Shown here in pieces: positions 12,681-24,699 of a stretch of DNA of 64,000 nucleotides. The notes beneath the pieces are model-generated. The model worked only from the letters and a program-made list of their open reading frames with translations, searched no databases and was not told where the DNA came from. Each line of letters starts with the position of its first letter. Position 1 is the stretch's first letter. Both the position numbers and the translations under genes were made by a program. Source of the DNA: Callorhinchus milii (Eukaryota); contig NW_024704743.1 of assembly GCF_018977255.1 (NCBI RefSeq), positions 97,032,001 through 97,096,000 of the forward strand, given 5' to 3'.

Positions 12681-14218
12681 AAATAACATTGTCAAAAATG
12701 ACGCTGTCAAAAAAATTCTGTCTTAATTTAGAAGTTTTTTTTTAAGAATTGCAATAATAGCTTCCAAATTAATACCAAATTTAAAAATGTTCTAACATTC
12801 TTAAATGTACCATTTAAGATTCTTAAATTTCAAGATTTGAAGGCTTAAGATCATGAGAACTTTAGCATCCTTGGAGCCCTCCAGGTCTTTATGGCTCAGT
12901 CTATTTATATTCAAGAATATTTGCTTTACATGCCAGTAATTCTTTAATCTTGGGACTAAAATGGAAGCAACAGGGACAGATGATCTATGTTGGTGGTTCA
13001 TTCATCTATTGGATTGTATAAATAAACAACATTGAGCCTTGTGCTAACTTGTGTGCTACTGGTATCTGTGCCTCCAGGTAAAAAAAACATTAAGCAGTAG
13101 TAAGCTTGCCCATAGGTTCAGGATAATCATTGTGACCTTGGTTTCAGTAAGTTTGAAGTCAGATCAGCAGAAAAAAATCCTTTGAAAGAAAGAGCGCACA
13201 AGGTTTACACAACTGCAAAATTAGACCCAATTATAAAGTCTGAAACTTCCCAATTGGGGACTCATTTTTAATGTTTTATTTGTGAGATTTCATAAATGCC
13301 TTTCATTTGTTAAATGTCTCATTAAGAAGTGTTATAATTAATGTTCTGAGATGTTATTTAACACGGAGGGTGCTATATAAATCCAACTTGTTGTCAAATC
13401 TCTAAAATATTGAATCATCGAAGAATGGCAAACTACCAGAGAGTAAATAAGCTTTTTAGATGCATCTTGCATTTGCGGAGGATAGCTCGGAGAAAACATT
13501 AAAGGTACATTTTATTTGAATCAAAAAAGAAACGGGAATAAGGCAAAGCTGAAGACCCAGGAGCAAAGGCATTAATTCATGTTAATTCTATTGGAATCAT
13601 TAAATATGCAAACAAATTCCCCAACGATGTGATAAGTGCTTGCTTTTAAGCAGTAAAAAAACACACAGCGAGAAACCACGGTGATAAAATTTGATAATCA
13701 TAATTTTTTTTATAGCAGTTTTACTTTTAAGAGGCTCTTCTGCTGTCGAGACACATTATGTATGACTGCCTGTGGGTATCAAATTGCATCCATCAAATGC
13801 CTATCACTTGGGGTTAGCAAGAAAAACAGGGATCTTGTGTGAACTATTCCTGTTTCCATAAAGGTCGATTTGTCATATCAGTTAATGCCACATCAATATA
13901 TCTTTACCGAATATGAAGGATAAACATGTCTCAATTGTATTCATGAAACATTTTGATAAATAATGTCTTCATATCAGATTCTGGACTCCTAAAAGTGAGC
14001 AAGCTTCATTATAGTGTTTATTCAGAAAATGAGGTAAGGCTCCTAGTGCAGGAGACCACAAAGGTTTAAAAAAGTAGGCGAGAAGATGAGATCAATCAAA
14101 AGTAATGTTTAGTGGAATCCATGCTTGGGGTTTAGAAGCCAGTAGCAGCCTTTAGCAGTCTGAAGAGAGAAGCCTGAATGTTAACAATTCTAAAACATAG
14201 AGCCTTTTACATTTATAT

Positions 14219-14760
14219 ACAACAAAATTACATTTGTACAGCACCTTTCACGTTGGGAGGATGTCCCAAGGTGCTGGACAGTCAGTGTTTCAGGCCTGAG
14301 CTGGGGGTCGAGATTGGGGAGGGTGGAGGGCAGGGGGTGAAGCAGGGTGATCGAAAGCACAGTTGAAGAGGAGGGTCTTGAGATGGGTCTTGAAGGAGGC
14401 AAGGGAGGGGGTGAGGCGGAGGGACTGCGGGATGGAGTTCCAGAGAGTGGAGGCAGGATGGCAGAAGGCCCGCATGCCAATGGTGGGCGAGCGAGGCGGG
14501 AACGTGAAGCAGGCCGGAGCCCACTTAGTGGAGGGAGCGGGAAGGATGGTAGGGTGTTAGGAGGTCACAGAGATAGGGGGAGCAAATCCAAGGAGGGCTT
14601 TGAAGGTGAGGACCAGGATCTTGAACTGCAGTGGATGAGGATAGAGTGGTCAACATTGTCGGGCAGCAGAGAGGTCAACGAGGACAAGGAGGCAGAAGGA
14701 GTCCTGGTTGCAGATGGATAGAATGTCATTTGTCACTTTGACCAGAGCTATTTCTGTACT
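14219..14760 (-). mobile_element. L2 LINE (lineage B) with large internal deletion
   Basis: 3' end 14219-14628, then an abrupt jump to the [13 protein letters not shown]-type region (14629-14760). Confidence 0.85.
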
Positions 14761-14779
14761 TTATTTGTAAACATAACTT

Positions 14780-14969
14780 CACAAGATCATATGATTACAA
14801 TATTATTTCAGATGAAAAAGGCCCGTCATCCCATCTGATCTCATCCTCCCATGCTCCTCCCATTACAGCATCAAGCTGCTTTTTGATGTCCAATGTTCTA
14901 GCCTCAAGCACCTTTCCTGACAACCTGTTCCAGTTGTTAATTACCCTCTGAATAAAGAAACACTTCCTA
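14780..14969 (-). mobile_element. CR1 3' end, split by an L2; continues at 15815-15870
   Basis: Minus translation RKCFFIQRVINNWNRLSGKVLEARTLDIKKQLDAVMG; the upstream part NRIREHRFRVVKGNFRR lies beyond the L2. Confidence 0.85.
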
Positions 14970-15814
14970 GTTGGCAAGACAGAGGCCCTCCTGCTTGGCT
15001 CCCGGCAGCGCCTCCTCACCTCAGCCACTGACACTATCACATGCATGGCTGTACTCTTCACCTCACCAATCCGAAACCTCAGTGTCCTTTTCGACCCTGA
15101 GCTATCCTTCAAACCCCACATTCGTGCCATGACCCGTTCCGCCTTTCCACACCTCTGCAACATTGCCCGCCTCCACCACTGTCTCTCACCACAGGCCGCT
15201 GAGACCCTGATCCATGCTATCATTATGTCCCGATTTGACTATGCCAACTGCCTCCTCACTGCACTTCCCAACTCCTTCCTCCACAAGCTGCAGATTATTC
15301 AGAACTCTGTAGCTCATGTCCTCTCCCCCACCAGGCTCTGGGAACCTATCACCCCCATTCTTGCCCAGCTTCACTGGCTCCCCATTTCTCAGAGAATCGA
15401 GTACAAAACCCTTGTTCTTACCTTCAAGGCCCTCCATCATCTTGCTCCACCCTACCTTTCCAATCTCATAACCCTATATCAGCCATATACGTCCGTTTGG
15501 TCAACACTGGCCTACTTCAAGTTCCCCCGCACTTCCACCCCACCATTGGTGGTTGGGCATTCAGCATTTCTGCCCCTACACTCTGGAACTCTATCCCACA
15601 ATCCCTCCGCCTCAGCCCCTCTCTTCAAGTTGTTTCTGAAGACCTTCCTCTTCGACCGTGCCTTTGGCCACCCTAACATCCCCACCCCCCACTGCCCTCC
15701 TCCCCTTCAGACCCCAACTCCCAGCTTGGGCCCAAAACCCCTGATTGTCCAGTGCTCTGGGACGTCTTTCCAATGTGAAGGGTGCTATGCAAGTTTAATT
15801 TGTTGATGTTGTTG
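14970..15814 (+). mobile_element. L2 LINE, 5'-truncated (lineage B)
   Basis: 253-aa ORF IRNLSVLFDPELSF…SRFDYANCLL…ITPILAQLHWLPISQRIEYK; (GTT)-type tail. Confidence 0.92.
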
Positions 15815-16947
15815 GTATCTCTCCTGAAATTGCCCTTTACAACTCTAAACCTATGTTCTCTTATTCTATTGCCTTTATTTTGTTTATTTACTGCCAACAT
15901 TGCAGTGCCCACCCTCCACACACGTTGTAATGGAGTGTCGCCTTAGATTATGTGTTTAAAGACCCAAGGTGGGGCTGGAACACATGCCTTTCTGCCTCAG
16001 AGGTGAGAGTGCTACAAAATGAGCCAGCTGTCACCATAACAGTAGCATGAAGAGCTTTTGCAGATTGTATAGGTTTGGCTTTTTCCACATTTGCTGCTGC
16101 TACTGTGAACATTCTTCCTGACAGTTGCAAAGAAGAATGCACCATTATTCAAGTTGCACCAGAAGATAAATAATCCTTGCATTTGCTTTTGCATTACGCA
16201 GCTAGGGGAGAACAGAAGAATGACTTCCTGATGTCATAATAATAATCCTTACATTTGGTATAATGCCTTTCATATCAGGGGGACCCCTCAAAGTGCCACG
16301 TGTCTGGTGATGTATCATTACTGGGGAGTAAATACCATCAAAACGCAAATAATTTCACAAGTGATTTGAACCATATTTTAATGATTGAAAGTAAAAAAGG
16401 TGAGGAGGAAATCACTATATTTATTCCATCATAGATTAATTTAGATACATTTCACAAATTAAATCCACCATGATTTAAACATGCTCCTGTAATGACGTGC
16501 AAGAGAGTTGCTGGGTTAGTTTTGCCCATCTTCCTACTTTCTTTGGCTTGATTTTCAGAGCATCAATTAGTTTATAACATTTACAAATATTTTCATATTA
16601 TGTATGTCACAGATTGTATCATAACCCCTCTCTCTCTAATGAAAATACCCAATTTACCTAAAAATCTGAATTTATGTCTAAGATTTTGATTATGTCCAAT
16701 CCTTTCAAAATGTTCACATAATATGTTTCTAATTAAGACTTTATGGGATTGCTATTCATCTTGGCAAAAAGTCTTACAGTGAAGCTTAAAATCTGCTTTT
16801 CCCATGATTAAGCAAATTGCTAGTCTCAATTTAAAAACTATACTACTGTATCCAAAAAAATCAGCAATTACTTTATGCTGTGGTAATTTAATTCTTCAGA
16901 CAATTCCCTATAGGTCTGAGATTCCACCCAGTATTAGCATGCAAACT

Positions 16948-17114
16948 ATTTTGTCTTAAAATGTAAAATTGTTCAGAATTGTGGCAAAGTCTTAATTTAA
17001 CATTAATTTGAAAGCCGTTTCTGATTAAGAACTATGGGAAAACTGCCTTATGAGTCAAGACTGTATTAAAGAATTTTCCAAAATTCTGCGCAAAATTTTA
17101 TTTTAAGACAAAAT
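16948..17114. repeat. AT-rich foldback element with ~50-bp imperfect arms
   Basis: attttgtcttaaaat…cagaattgtggcaaagtcttaat is mirrored by attaaagaattttccaaaattctg…attttaagacaaaat; the outer 15 bp are a perfect match. Confidence 0.6.
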
Positions 17115-18139
17115 GGTCTTACATTTAAGACAAAAAGGCTAGGTGGTATTGTTGTTCCAGTTGTCCGAACTATACATACGTTGCTGAGCATGTTCAATCA
17201 TTTCAGAGTTCAGGTTCCAGTTAAAAAAAATAACATTCAATAAAACGTTCCCTTGTGATAATAATTGGTTTGGAAGGAAGACCCTAGAATGAAATCTAAA
17301 TAATAATTCTTGCAAGTGATCTTGTGCATATAACTTCAAAACGTTTTAAAGTTGTGACTATGCATTTAAAGGTGAACTATTTTCCTTACAAAGAAGAAAA
17401 GATTGAAAGCTGAGCCATCCCGTGATTTGTGTGTGACTCTCAGCAGCCGGTTACAGAGCAGGATTAGGAAAGTAGGAGAGTGGGTTGCGGCATACGTTGC
17501 CCTGAAGGTTTTATTTTCTTTAAAAAAAAACTTTAAATAGTAAAGTCCAGTGGGCGGATTGGTGTAAGAGTTGCTCTCATAGTCTCACAATTGTATTGAT
17601 GCATATGTGGCACTCCCATTGCTCCATACTATGAAAACCTATACAGAGGATTTTACAACATTGACATAGCAAGATAGGAATGCAAAGGACTGGGAAAGAA
17701 AAGTGCGGTCCAACTGGTATGTACCAAAGTAAAAATAAATTCTTCATTGCTCTATCTCTCATGCAGCTTAATTCATTTTGTTGCTCATTTTGTTAATATT
17801 TAAAATGAAACAACCTTGGACCTCGTACAGCAGTTATTTAGACATTATGACCACCTTTGTGATCTGGGCTCAAATCCAGTCAGACTGATGGAATGAAAGG
17901 CTCGTTTCTCTGTTTGCTGTAAACGTTTTTATTTGAAATGAATATCAGAGACGCAGCCCATTTCCTCAAGGGTGTAGGCTCACAGCACAGAATTCCTCCA
18001 ATCGAATAACAGGAATATTAAAGGGAATCAGGAGAGAGCAGGAAAACAGAAGGTTCATATGGAGAAAAACACAGAGCAGATTTGATGGCCAAGTGGCCTC
18101 TTTCTATATTATAACATGCTGTGATTGTATAAATAAAAA

Positions 18140-18490
18140 TAAGTAATCTTGCATTTGATATAGTACCTCATCACATTATCGAGATATCTCAAAATGGATA
18201 TACCATAATTATTATTATATTATTATAAAGTGATTGTATTTTGTGGGAGTTGTTGGCCAGGACACTGGGAGAAACTCCCTCCTTGTTTCAAATAGTGCCA
18301 TGGGATCTCTAAAGCTAGGTGGGACCTCAGTTTAACGTTTCATCCAAAGGACAGCACCTCCGACAATGCAACACCTCCTATTATTGCATTGGACTGTCAG
18401 CTTAGACTATGTGATTCCAAGTCCCAATGTGGGACTTGAAACCCACAACCTTCTGACTCAGGCAAGAGTGCAACCACTGAGCCAGGCAAC
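18140..18490 (-). mobile_element. Deu-domain-type SINE; a second head fragment at ~18588-18690
   Basis: gttggccaggacactgggagaaactcc…aatagtgccatgggatct is the reversed Deu-like core. Confidence 0.8.
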
Positions 18491-19299
18491 TGTAACGCTA
18501 AATATGTTATCCAACTTGTGATACAGAGTATCTCCTGAATAAAGAAACATTTCGGTTTCCAGCATTAATAACAACTGCCCCACATTAGTCTAGACTATGT
18601 GAGTTCAAAATCCCAATGTGGGGTTTGAATCCATGACTCCTTCTGACTCAGAGGCGAGAATTCTACCATCTAACTGAGGCAAGCTGACACTTTAAAGTTA
18701 TAGCTCCTTCAAGCATCATGATGAGCACAAAATTCTACCCAGATGTAACTTTTAGTAGTTACAACAACAATTTGTCCCAATATAGCACCTTTTACATAGG
18801 GTTTTGCCCACAAAATATAGAGTCAATTCACTTTACAGTATATTCTGTGAAGCACTTTGAAACGTCTAGAAGATGCGAACAGCGCTATATCAAATACAAG
18901 GATTATTATTATGATAGGGAGAACAAATCAAGGACTTTACAAAGACTCTGCGCTTGCTTGAGCTGGAAGGGAGACGGGAGGGTTTAGGGATGGTGGCTGA
19001 AAGTGCAATTGAAGAGATCCTATTTTAGACTGCTTTTGAAAGCTGAGGAGGAGACGAAGAGGAAGGATTTTGGAATACAGTTCCAGAGAACTGGGTAAAG
19101 TAGCCGAGTCAGTCAACATGCAGTCAACTTATCAGATACTGCTCATGCAAATAGATTCTATTCACTCAAGAGAAATCTAGGCAAATTTATTAAGGAAGAG
19201 AGGATCAGCAGTGACAGACCAGGAGTCTAATCGACAATGTGCAGCACAGTAAAAATGGGTGTTGAGCAAAGCTCTTGTATTGATGATGGTTGGGTTTTT

Positions 19300-19640
19300 G
19301 TGGATTCCTGTAGCTTAGTGGTTAGAGCGCTCTCCTCACAAGAGAGAGGACCTGGGTTTGATTCCCGGGTAGGGTGAAATGTTAGGCAAATTTCCTTACT
19401 CCACATGCCTCTGTTTACCAAGCAATAAGCAGAAACCTGGTTGTTAGTCGATTGGCGGATCGCTTTTCCGGGGGTAATAATCCCTTTAAAAAAATGTTAA
19501 GTAATAATTTGATCACTCAATCTACGACTGTTTGTGGACACTGCTGTGCTCAGTATCACTTTACAATATAAAGCCCTTTGAGACGTCTCGAAGACGTGAT
19601 AAGACGCTATATCAAATAGAAGTATTATTATTATTTTTAT
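19300..19640 (+). mobile_element. tRNA-headed SINE, long form with central ~65-bp segment
   Basis: Head gtggattcctgtagcttagtggttagagc; central ctctgtttaccaagcaataagcagaaacctggttgttagtcgattggcggat; tail ends in (tat)n. Confidence 0.88.
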
Positions 19641-21797
19641 TATTATCAGGAGTTTATTGTAATATGAGTGAGGGTTTCTTCTGGAAATTTGATAACTGCA
19701 TGACCTCTCCCCCTCCTTCCTGTGAGGGTATCTATGCATCTGTGATCTTTCGTTTAGCTCCTTTGTGAGAATTTGTTCTTTTGAAACAAACAAAGTTTTG
19801 CTTTGACTGGTTTCAGGATGATAAATGTATTTGTTGAAAACCGAGAGCAGCTGCCTCCGCTTGCTATAAACTGCAAACAATCCTATTGTTTCTAATGGGT
19901 TAGATTAATTCTAACAAAGACTGAATGATACTTCTTCAACTGAGCATTATACAACAATGAGCACCAGGAAGGAGCTGAAATGTGCCAGAAGAATAAATGA
20001 CTGAAGTAGAGCAGTGTAAACACTGACCTGATCCAAATAAACTGGAGTGAGATCTCGTGTCTCAGATTTCTTATGCCCCCAGGCCTCACCCTTCACTACC
20101 TCTGTGACCTCCGCTAACCGTACTGCCCTGGTTACTCCCTGACAACACTAGCCTGCTATATGTGGATGAGCTTTCAGACATTCTGACCGCGCGTGCTGGA
20201 ACTCCATCCTAGACTTCTCCATCCGCATCTTCAAAGCATGCCTTAAAACAAAATGTGGTCACTCAATCCCTGACTGTTTGTGGGACGCTGCTGTGTGCAA
20301 TTGGCTGCGAGGTTTCGTCCACAATATACACAGCCAATCCCTTTACAATATATTCTGTGAAGAGGTTTGAAATGGATCAACAACAATAAGAAGGCATAAT
20401 AAGGAGCCATATCAAATGCAAAACTTATTATTATTATTATTAAGACCCATTTTTCTTTGACCATGCCTTTGCCTATCTCCCTGTGTGAAGAACTTTGAGA
20501 TGCCCTCTCAAGGTAACAGTCTTTATATAACTGTAAATTGCAATTGTAATAGTTCTGTGATCTGTCCTTGAGTGTACCAGACCTTCATTGTGAGAATTGT
20601 GCTCTTTGTTACACAAGGACAGACAGAGATTTATGAAATCAGATAGGAAATAAAAGCTGGTGTTGAGAGGCAAGAAAATTATAACATGACAATAGTATTG
20701 GTTTGTGTTGTGAGTGTGTGTCCAGGGTAGAGAGAAAACAAAAAGTCACATTCGTAACTGGCCATAACATTTATAAATGTTTTGTGGAAGGTCGGGGAAT
20801 AATTATCACATGGACAAAAACAAAGTACAAATGCGTACTTAATCTGTCTGTAATAACAGGTGCAGGATTAGCCCCCTCCCCACACAACTGTGGTAGAATG
20901 GTTTTGGCTAAATATTAAATGTCAGCATCTTTTTTTAGGATGCATGGAATGTGTGTATTATGGGAGAGGGGGCTTCCTTATTCCTGGCTACGGGAATAGC
21001 TTTTTAATCCTGCTTCACCACAATACCATGAAAATCTACAGCACAGAAGAAGACTATTTGGCCCATTGTGTCTGTCCTGGTTTTTTAAAGGGGAATCCTT
21101 TAGTTCCATTTACCTGCCCGTTCTCCAAACTGCTCCAATTTGCTGCTGTTTAGATATCTATCGAGTTCCCGAGTTCTAATTGTCTGGTTCACCAGATATT
21201 GTTCTTCCTACAAAATGCACAATCACTACATTTTAAAGTACTTGCAGATGTGCTCCTGATGTGATAAAGTGCTATCTCAAATGCAAAGATTATTATTGCT
21301 ACATATACTGGCTTCAAACGATGATAATTACCACACCCAATCTCACGCTCCCATTTCCCCTCAAGTTACAGGATCAGATAAGAAAGAGGTTGAATTTTAT
21401 TGCAAATTGACTTGACTTATAACTTTTCATAGGCATTTAATATCAGGCGTTGTGACTGTTTATTGTAGGCAAAAACAACAATCCTTTGCAATAACAACAT
21501 CCCACGGACATCAATGAATGATCAATCCATTTGGAGGATCATTGGCTAAGATATCGGAACATAATTATTATTAATAATTTGATATAGCACCTTATCACAT
21601 CATTGACATCTCAAAGCACTGCGTAAGATACACATGTTATTGTGTGTAGTGTGATTTCATGAGTCACCAAATTCTTCTTATTTTTTTTGAAGGAATCATT
21701 ACCCTTCAAAATTTGTTCTGGTTTGGACAATCTTCATCATGGCGATTGTTTTCTACATGTGTCAGACTATCAAGTTCAGTGCTGAGGTAGCACTGCA

Positions 21798-22100
21798 TTA
21801 TAATAATCCTTGCATTTGATATATCATGTGATCAAGATGTCTCAAAACGCTTCACAGGATTTTATTGTGACTAACATTTGCCGAATGCGTCAGTGAATTT
21901 GGAGGATTGTTGGCCAGGATACAGGAAACTGCCTTCTCTTTTCGAGTAGTGTCATTTGATCTTAGACATCCACTGAACAATTGGTTTCACGTGTCATTCA
22001 AAGATGGCACTTCTAACAAGGCAGCGCATCCCTAGAACTGTACTGGTGTGAAGCTAAACTGTGAGTTTCAAGTCTCCACGTGAGGCTCAAAACTTCAAAC
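21798..22100 (-). mobile_element. Deu-domain-type SINE, degenerate
   Basis: Reversed tail taataatccttgcatttgata and core gttggccaggatac…gtagtgtcatttgatct. Confidence 0.7.
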
Positions 22101-22684
22101 TCAGAGGCGACGCCTGACTGTTGGAGATGCCGGCCTTTGCTTTCGATGATAAACCGAGGGTCAGTCACCATTTCAAGTGGACATGAAAGAAACCATGAAA
22201 TTGTTATAAAAGAGGAGAGTTTCTCCCAGTGCATTTGGTCCTATCTATTCTATTCATTTCATTATGTTCTTCCTATTCATATGTAAGTACTTTTAGGAAC
22301 TATGCCAATCCTCTTATGCCAGATAACATCTCTCCCAATCATTCCAGCTGAGGTCAGTTTGTCTTTGAGAAGTGCCAACAAAGGACTTCTACACTACTGC
22401 ATTCTTGTGACCCACTGCACAATAGTTAGTTAGTCTGAAAAACTGGTATCCAAGCATGTAGAAAACAGATAGCTATGTCTATACTTCTGCAAAGATGCTG
22501 ACAGCAGAGCTGTGACATCTAGATAAATATAAGCAAACTGATCTCTTAGCTGGTATTATCATATCACTCACAGTGCTCTGATAGTGTCAGCTGCATAGAT
22601 GCTTCAAGCACCGTTGAGGCAGAAATAGCTCAGAACTCAGAGGCCTTATTACAAGATTGTAGTACAGAGAGCGATGGAAAGGTG

Positions 22685-22724
22685 AATACTGTTAAAGAAA
22701 CTGTTAAAGAATACTGTTAAAGAA
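22685..22724 (+). repeat. Short tandem repeat, 3 x 12-13 bp
   Basis: aatactgttaaag aaactgttaaag aatactgttaaag. Confidence 0.85.
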
Positions 22725-22751
22725 ATATGAAAGAATAGAGGTGTTGGTAAA

Positions 22752-23100
22752 AATAGTCCTTGCATTTGATATGGCACTTAGAAAGTTGAAGGGTATCAAA
22801 AAGCTTTAGAGACAACACTTGTAAAGTGTAGTGACTGTGTAGATGTAGGTGAACATGGCAGCCAATTTATGCATAGCATTGCCTCATAAACAGCCATGAA
22901 TAAGTAACCATGTTTATCTGAAGGACACTGAGGGAAACTTCTTCTCTTTTCGAATAGTGCCATGGGATCATTAAAATCCACTTGAACTTCAGTTTAACGT
23001 CTAATTCGAAGGACAGCACATTTAACAATCCAGTGCACTTTCAGCACTGCACTGGAGTGTCAGTCTGGATGAAGAGTTTCGAGTCCCAATGTAGCGACTT
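22752..23100 (-). mobile_element. Deu-domain-type SINE upstream of the CPQ exon
   Basis: cttctcttttcgaatagtgccatgggatc and cagcactgcactggagtg are reversed family motifs. Confidence 0.8.
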
Positions 23101-23415
23101 TATTAATAATAATAAATAAACCAGATATACATCACACTGAGCCATGAGAGTTCTGCTCTGGCACAATCTACTATCGAAGTGGAGTTGTGTGAAGTCTCAA
23201 ACGGACATTCTCTCAATGTAAAACATGCTATTTAAACGTAAATTGTAGTTGATGGCCTTGCAGGTGTCTTACTGGCTGGAGGCCAGGTTCAAACTCCTTG
23301 TTTAAGAATCATGTTAGAAATCATTGCATGTTACACAATAATATCTAATTTAAGAAAATGTGGTCACTTTGGATTGTTTATTAAATTGCCTTCACTTTGT
23401 TTGTTTATTACATTG

Positions 23416-23439
23416 CTAACAAAACCCTTTTGTCTCCAG
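23416..23439 (+). promoter_or_regulatory. Branch point and splice acceptor of the CPQ exon
   Basis: CTAAC at 23416-23420, pyrimidine tract cccttttgtctc, and CAG ending at 23439. Confidence 0.85.
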
Positions 23440-23551
23440 GTTGTGTTGGTTAGTGGTCACTTAGACAGCTGGGATGTTGGGAGTGGAGCGATGGATGATG
23501 GCGGTGGAGCGTTTGTATCATGGGAGGTACTATCCATTATCAGAGACCTTC
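23440..23551 (+). CDS. CPQ: Carboxypeptidase Q (plasma glutamate carboxypeptidase, M28 family), internal coding exon, 112 nt, phase 0 to 1
   Basis: Encodes VVLVSGHLDSWDVGSGAMDDGGGAFVSWEVLSIIRDL, nearly identical to the remembered human CPQ segment VVLVSGHLDSWDVGQGAMDDGGGAFISWEALSLIKDL. Contains the M28 HxD and GAxDD zinc-binding motifs; bounded by cag| and |gtgagt. Confidence 0.95.
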
Positions 23552-23589
23552 GTGAGTATCCATATAGAATGAAAACATCTGTACAAATC

Positions 23590-23975
23590 CTCTGAATCAG
23601 AAGGTTGTGGCTTCAAACCCCACATCAGGACTTGGAATTAATATCATCACTCCAGTGCAGTGCTAGGATTTCGCTGCATTGAAGTTCTGTGCTTCGCATG
23701 AGATGTTAAACCAAGCATCTGCCTGTTCAAGATAAAGATCCCAAGGCATTATTCAAAAGGAGACAGGAGTTTCTCCCAGTGTCCTGGCCAACAATCCCCC
23801 AGATTAAATTGGTCATTCACTTCATGGCTGTTTGTGGGACATTGGTGTGGATAAATTGGCTGTCACATTCACCCACAAAACACACAGTCACTATATTTTG
23901 TACTATATCCAGTGAAGCACTTTGGGGCATCCTCTGATGTGAAAGGCTTTATATCAAATGTAAAGATTATTATTA
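23590..23975 (+). mobile_element. Deu-domain-type SINE, near full length
   Basis: Head tctgaatcagaaggttgtggcttcaaaccccac; core aagatcccaaggcattattcaaaagg…gagtttctcccagtgtcctggccaac; tail tatcaaatgtaaagattattatta. Confidence 0.85.
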
Positions 23976-24699
23976 TTTTAAAATCAGTGATAAACATGAG
24001 TTACATGAGTTGTGTTCAGACTCGAAGTGTATTCTTTTAGCTGGCTGAGAGCTTTTATAGTATTTACAGCCTCTGACTAAAATATCCAGCAACATATTAA
24101 GAGACCCGCGATAATAGCGTACATTTTTTCTTCTTTTCCCTCTTCCTGCCTTGATGCACTGACTTGACCTAAGGCATAGTTGGGTGGCTGGAATCTCTAG
24201 TACCTTATTCAAGTGGCCATTGCTAATACGTGAGCAAAAATTGTGCAGGCTGTTCAGCTATGGAGAAATATGAGAAGCTAACCAAAATATTATCCTTCTC
24301 TGAGGTCGGAAATTCCCCATAGTCTTAACTTTATGACAACTGTCCTAGATTTCTGAAAGTCTTAAATGCAGAGTTGAAGCTTTTAAAAGAACGTTAAAAG
24401 AAACTGCTGAAAACTGGTGAGAAAAATTAAGATTGAATATAAGAAGATTCCAATAGTCTAAGTTTAAATCTTATATTTTGAGATGCGGCAGGTAAGGATA
24501 GGATCAGGCTGGTCAGTGATTGCCCCCAGATTTACATCGCCCATTCTCATTTTAGGTTCAGACTTAAAGACGTGCCACTTAGGTGAGGTGTTGGAGATCA
24601 GGCCATGGCTTGAAGTGTTACTTCAGTGTGAGACAAATGCTTTTAGAACTATTAGTGCAAATATTGCTGACTTTGAGGAAATGTACAAGAAGAAAGTGG

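Noticed and set aside
22685..22724. CRISPR-like or functional repeat array (also short duplications at ~3064-3114 and ~62332-62369)
   Set aside because: Simple slippage-type duplications without unique spacers, in eukaryotic intronic DNA.
23311..23595. 94-aa ORF as a complete small protein
   Set aside because: Only 23440-23551 is CPQ-like and bounded by splice sites; the rest is intron read-through.
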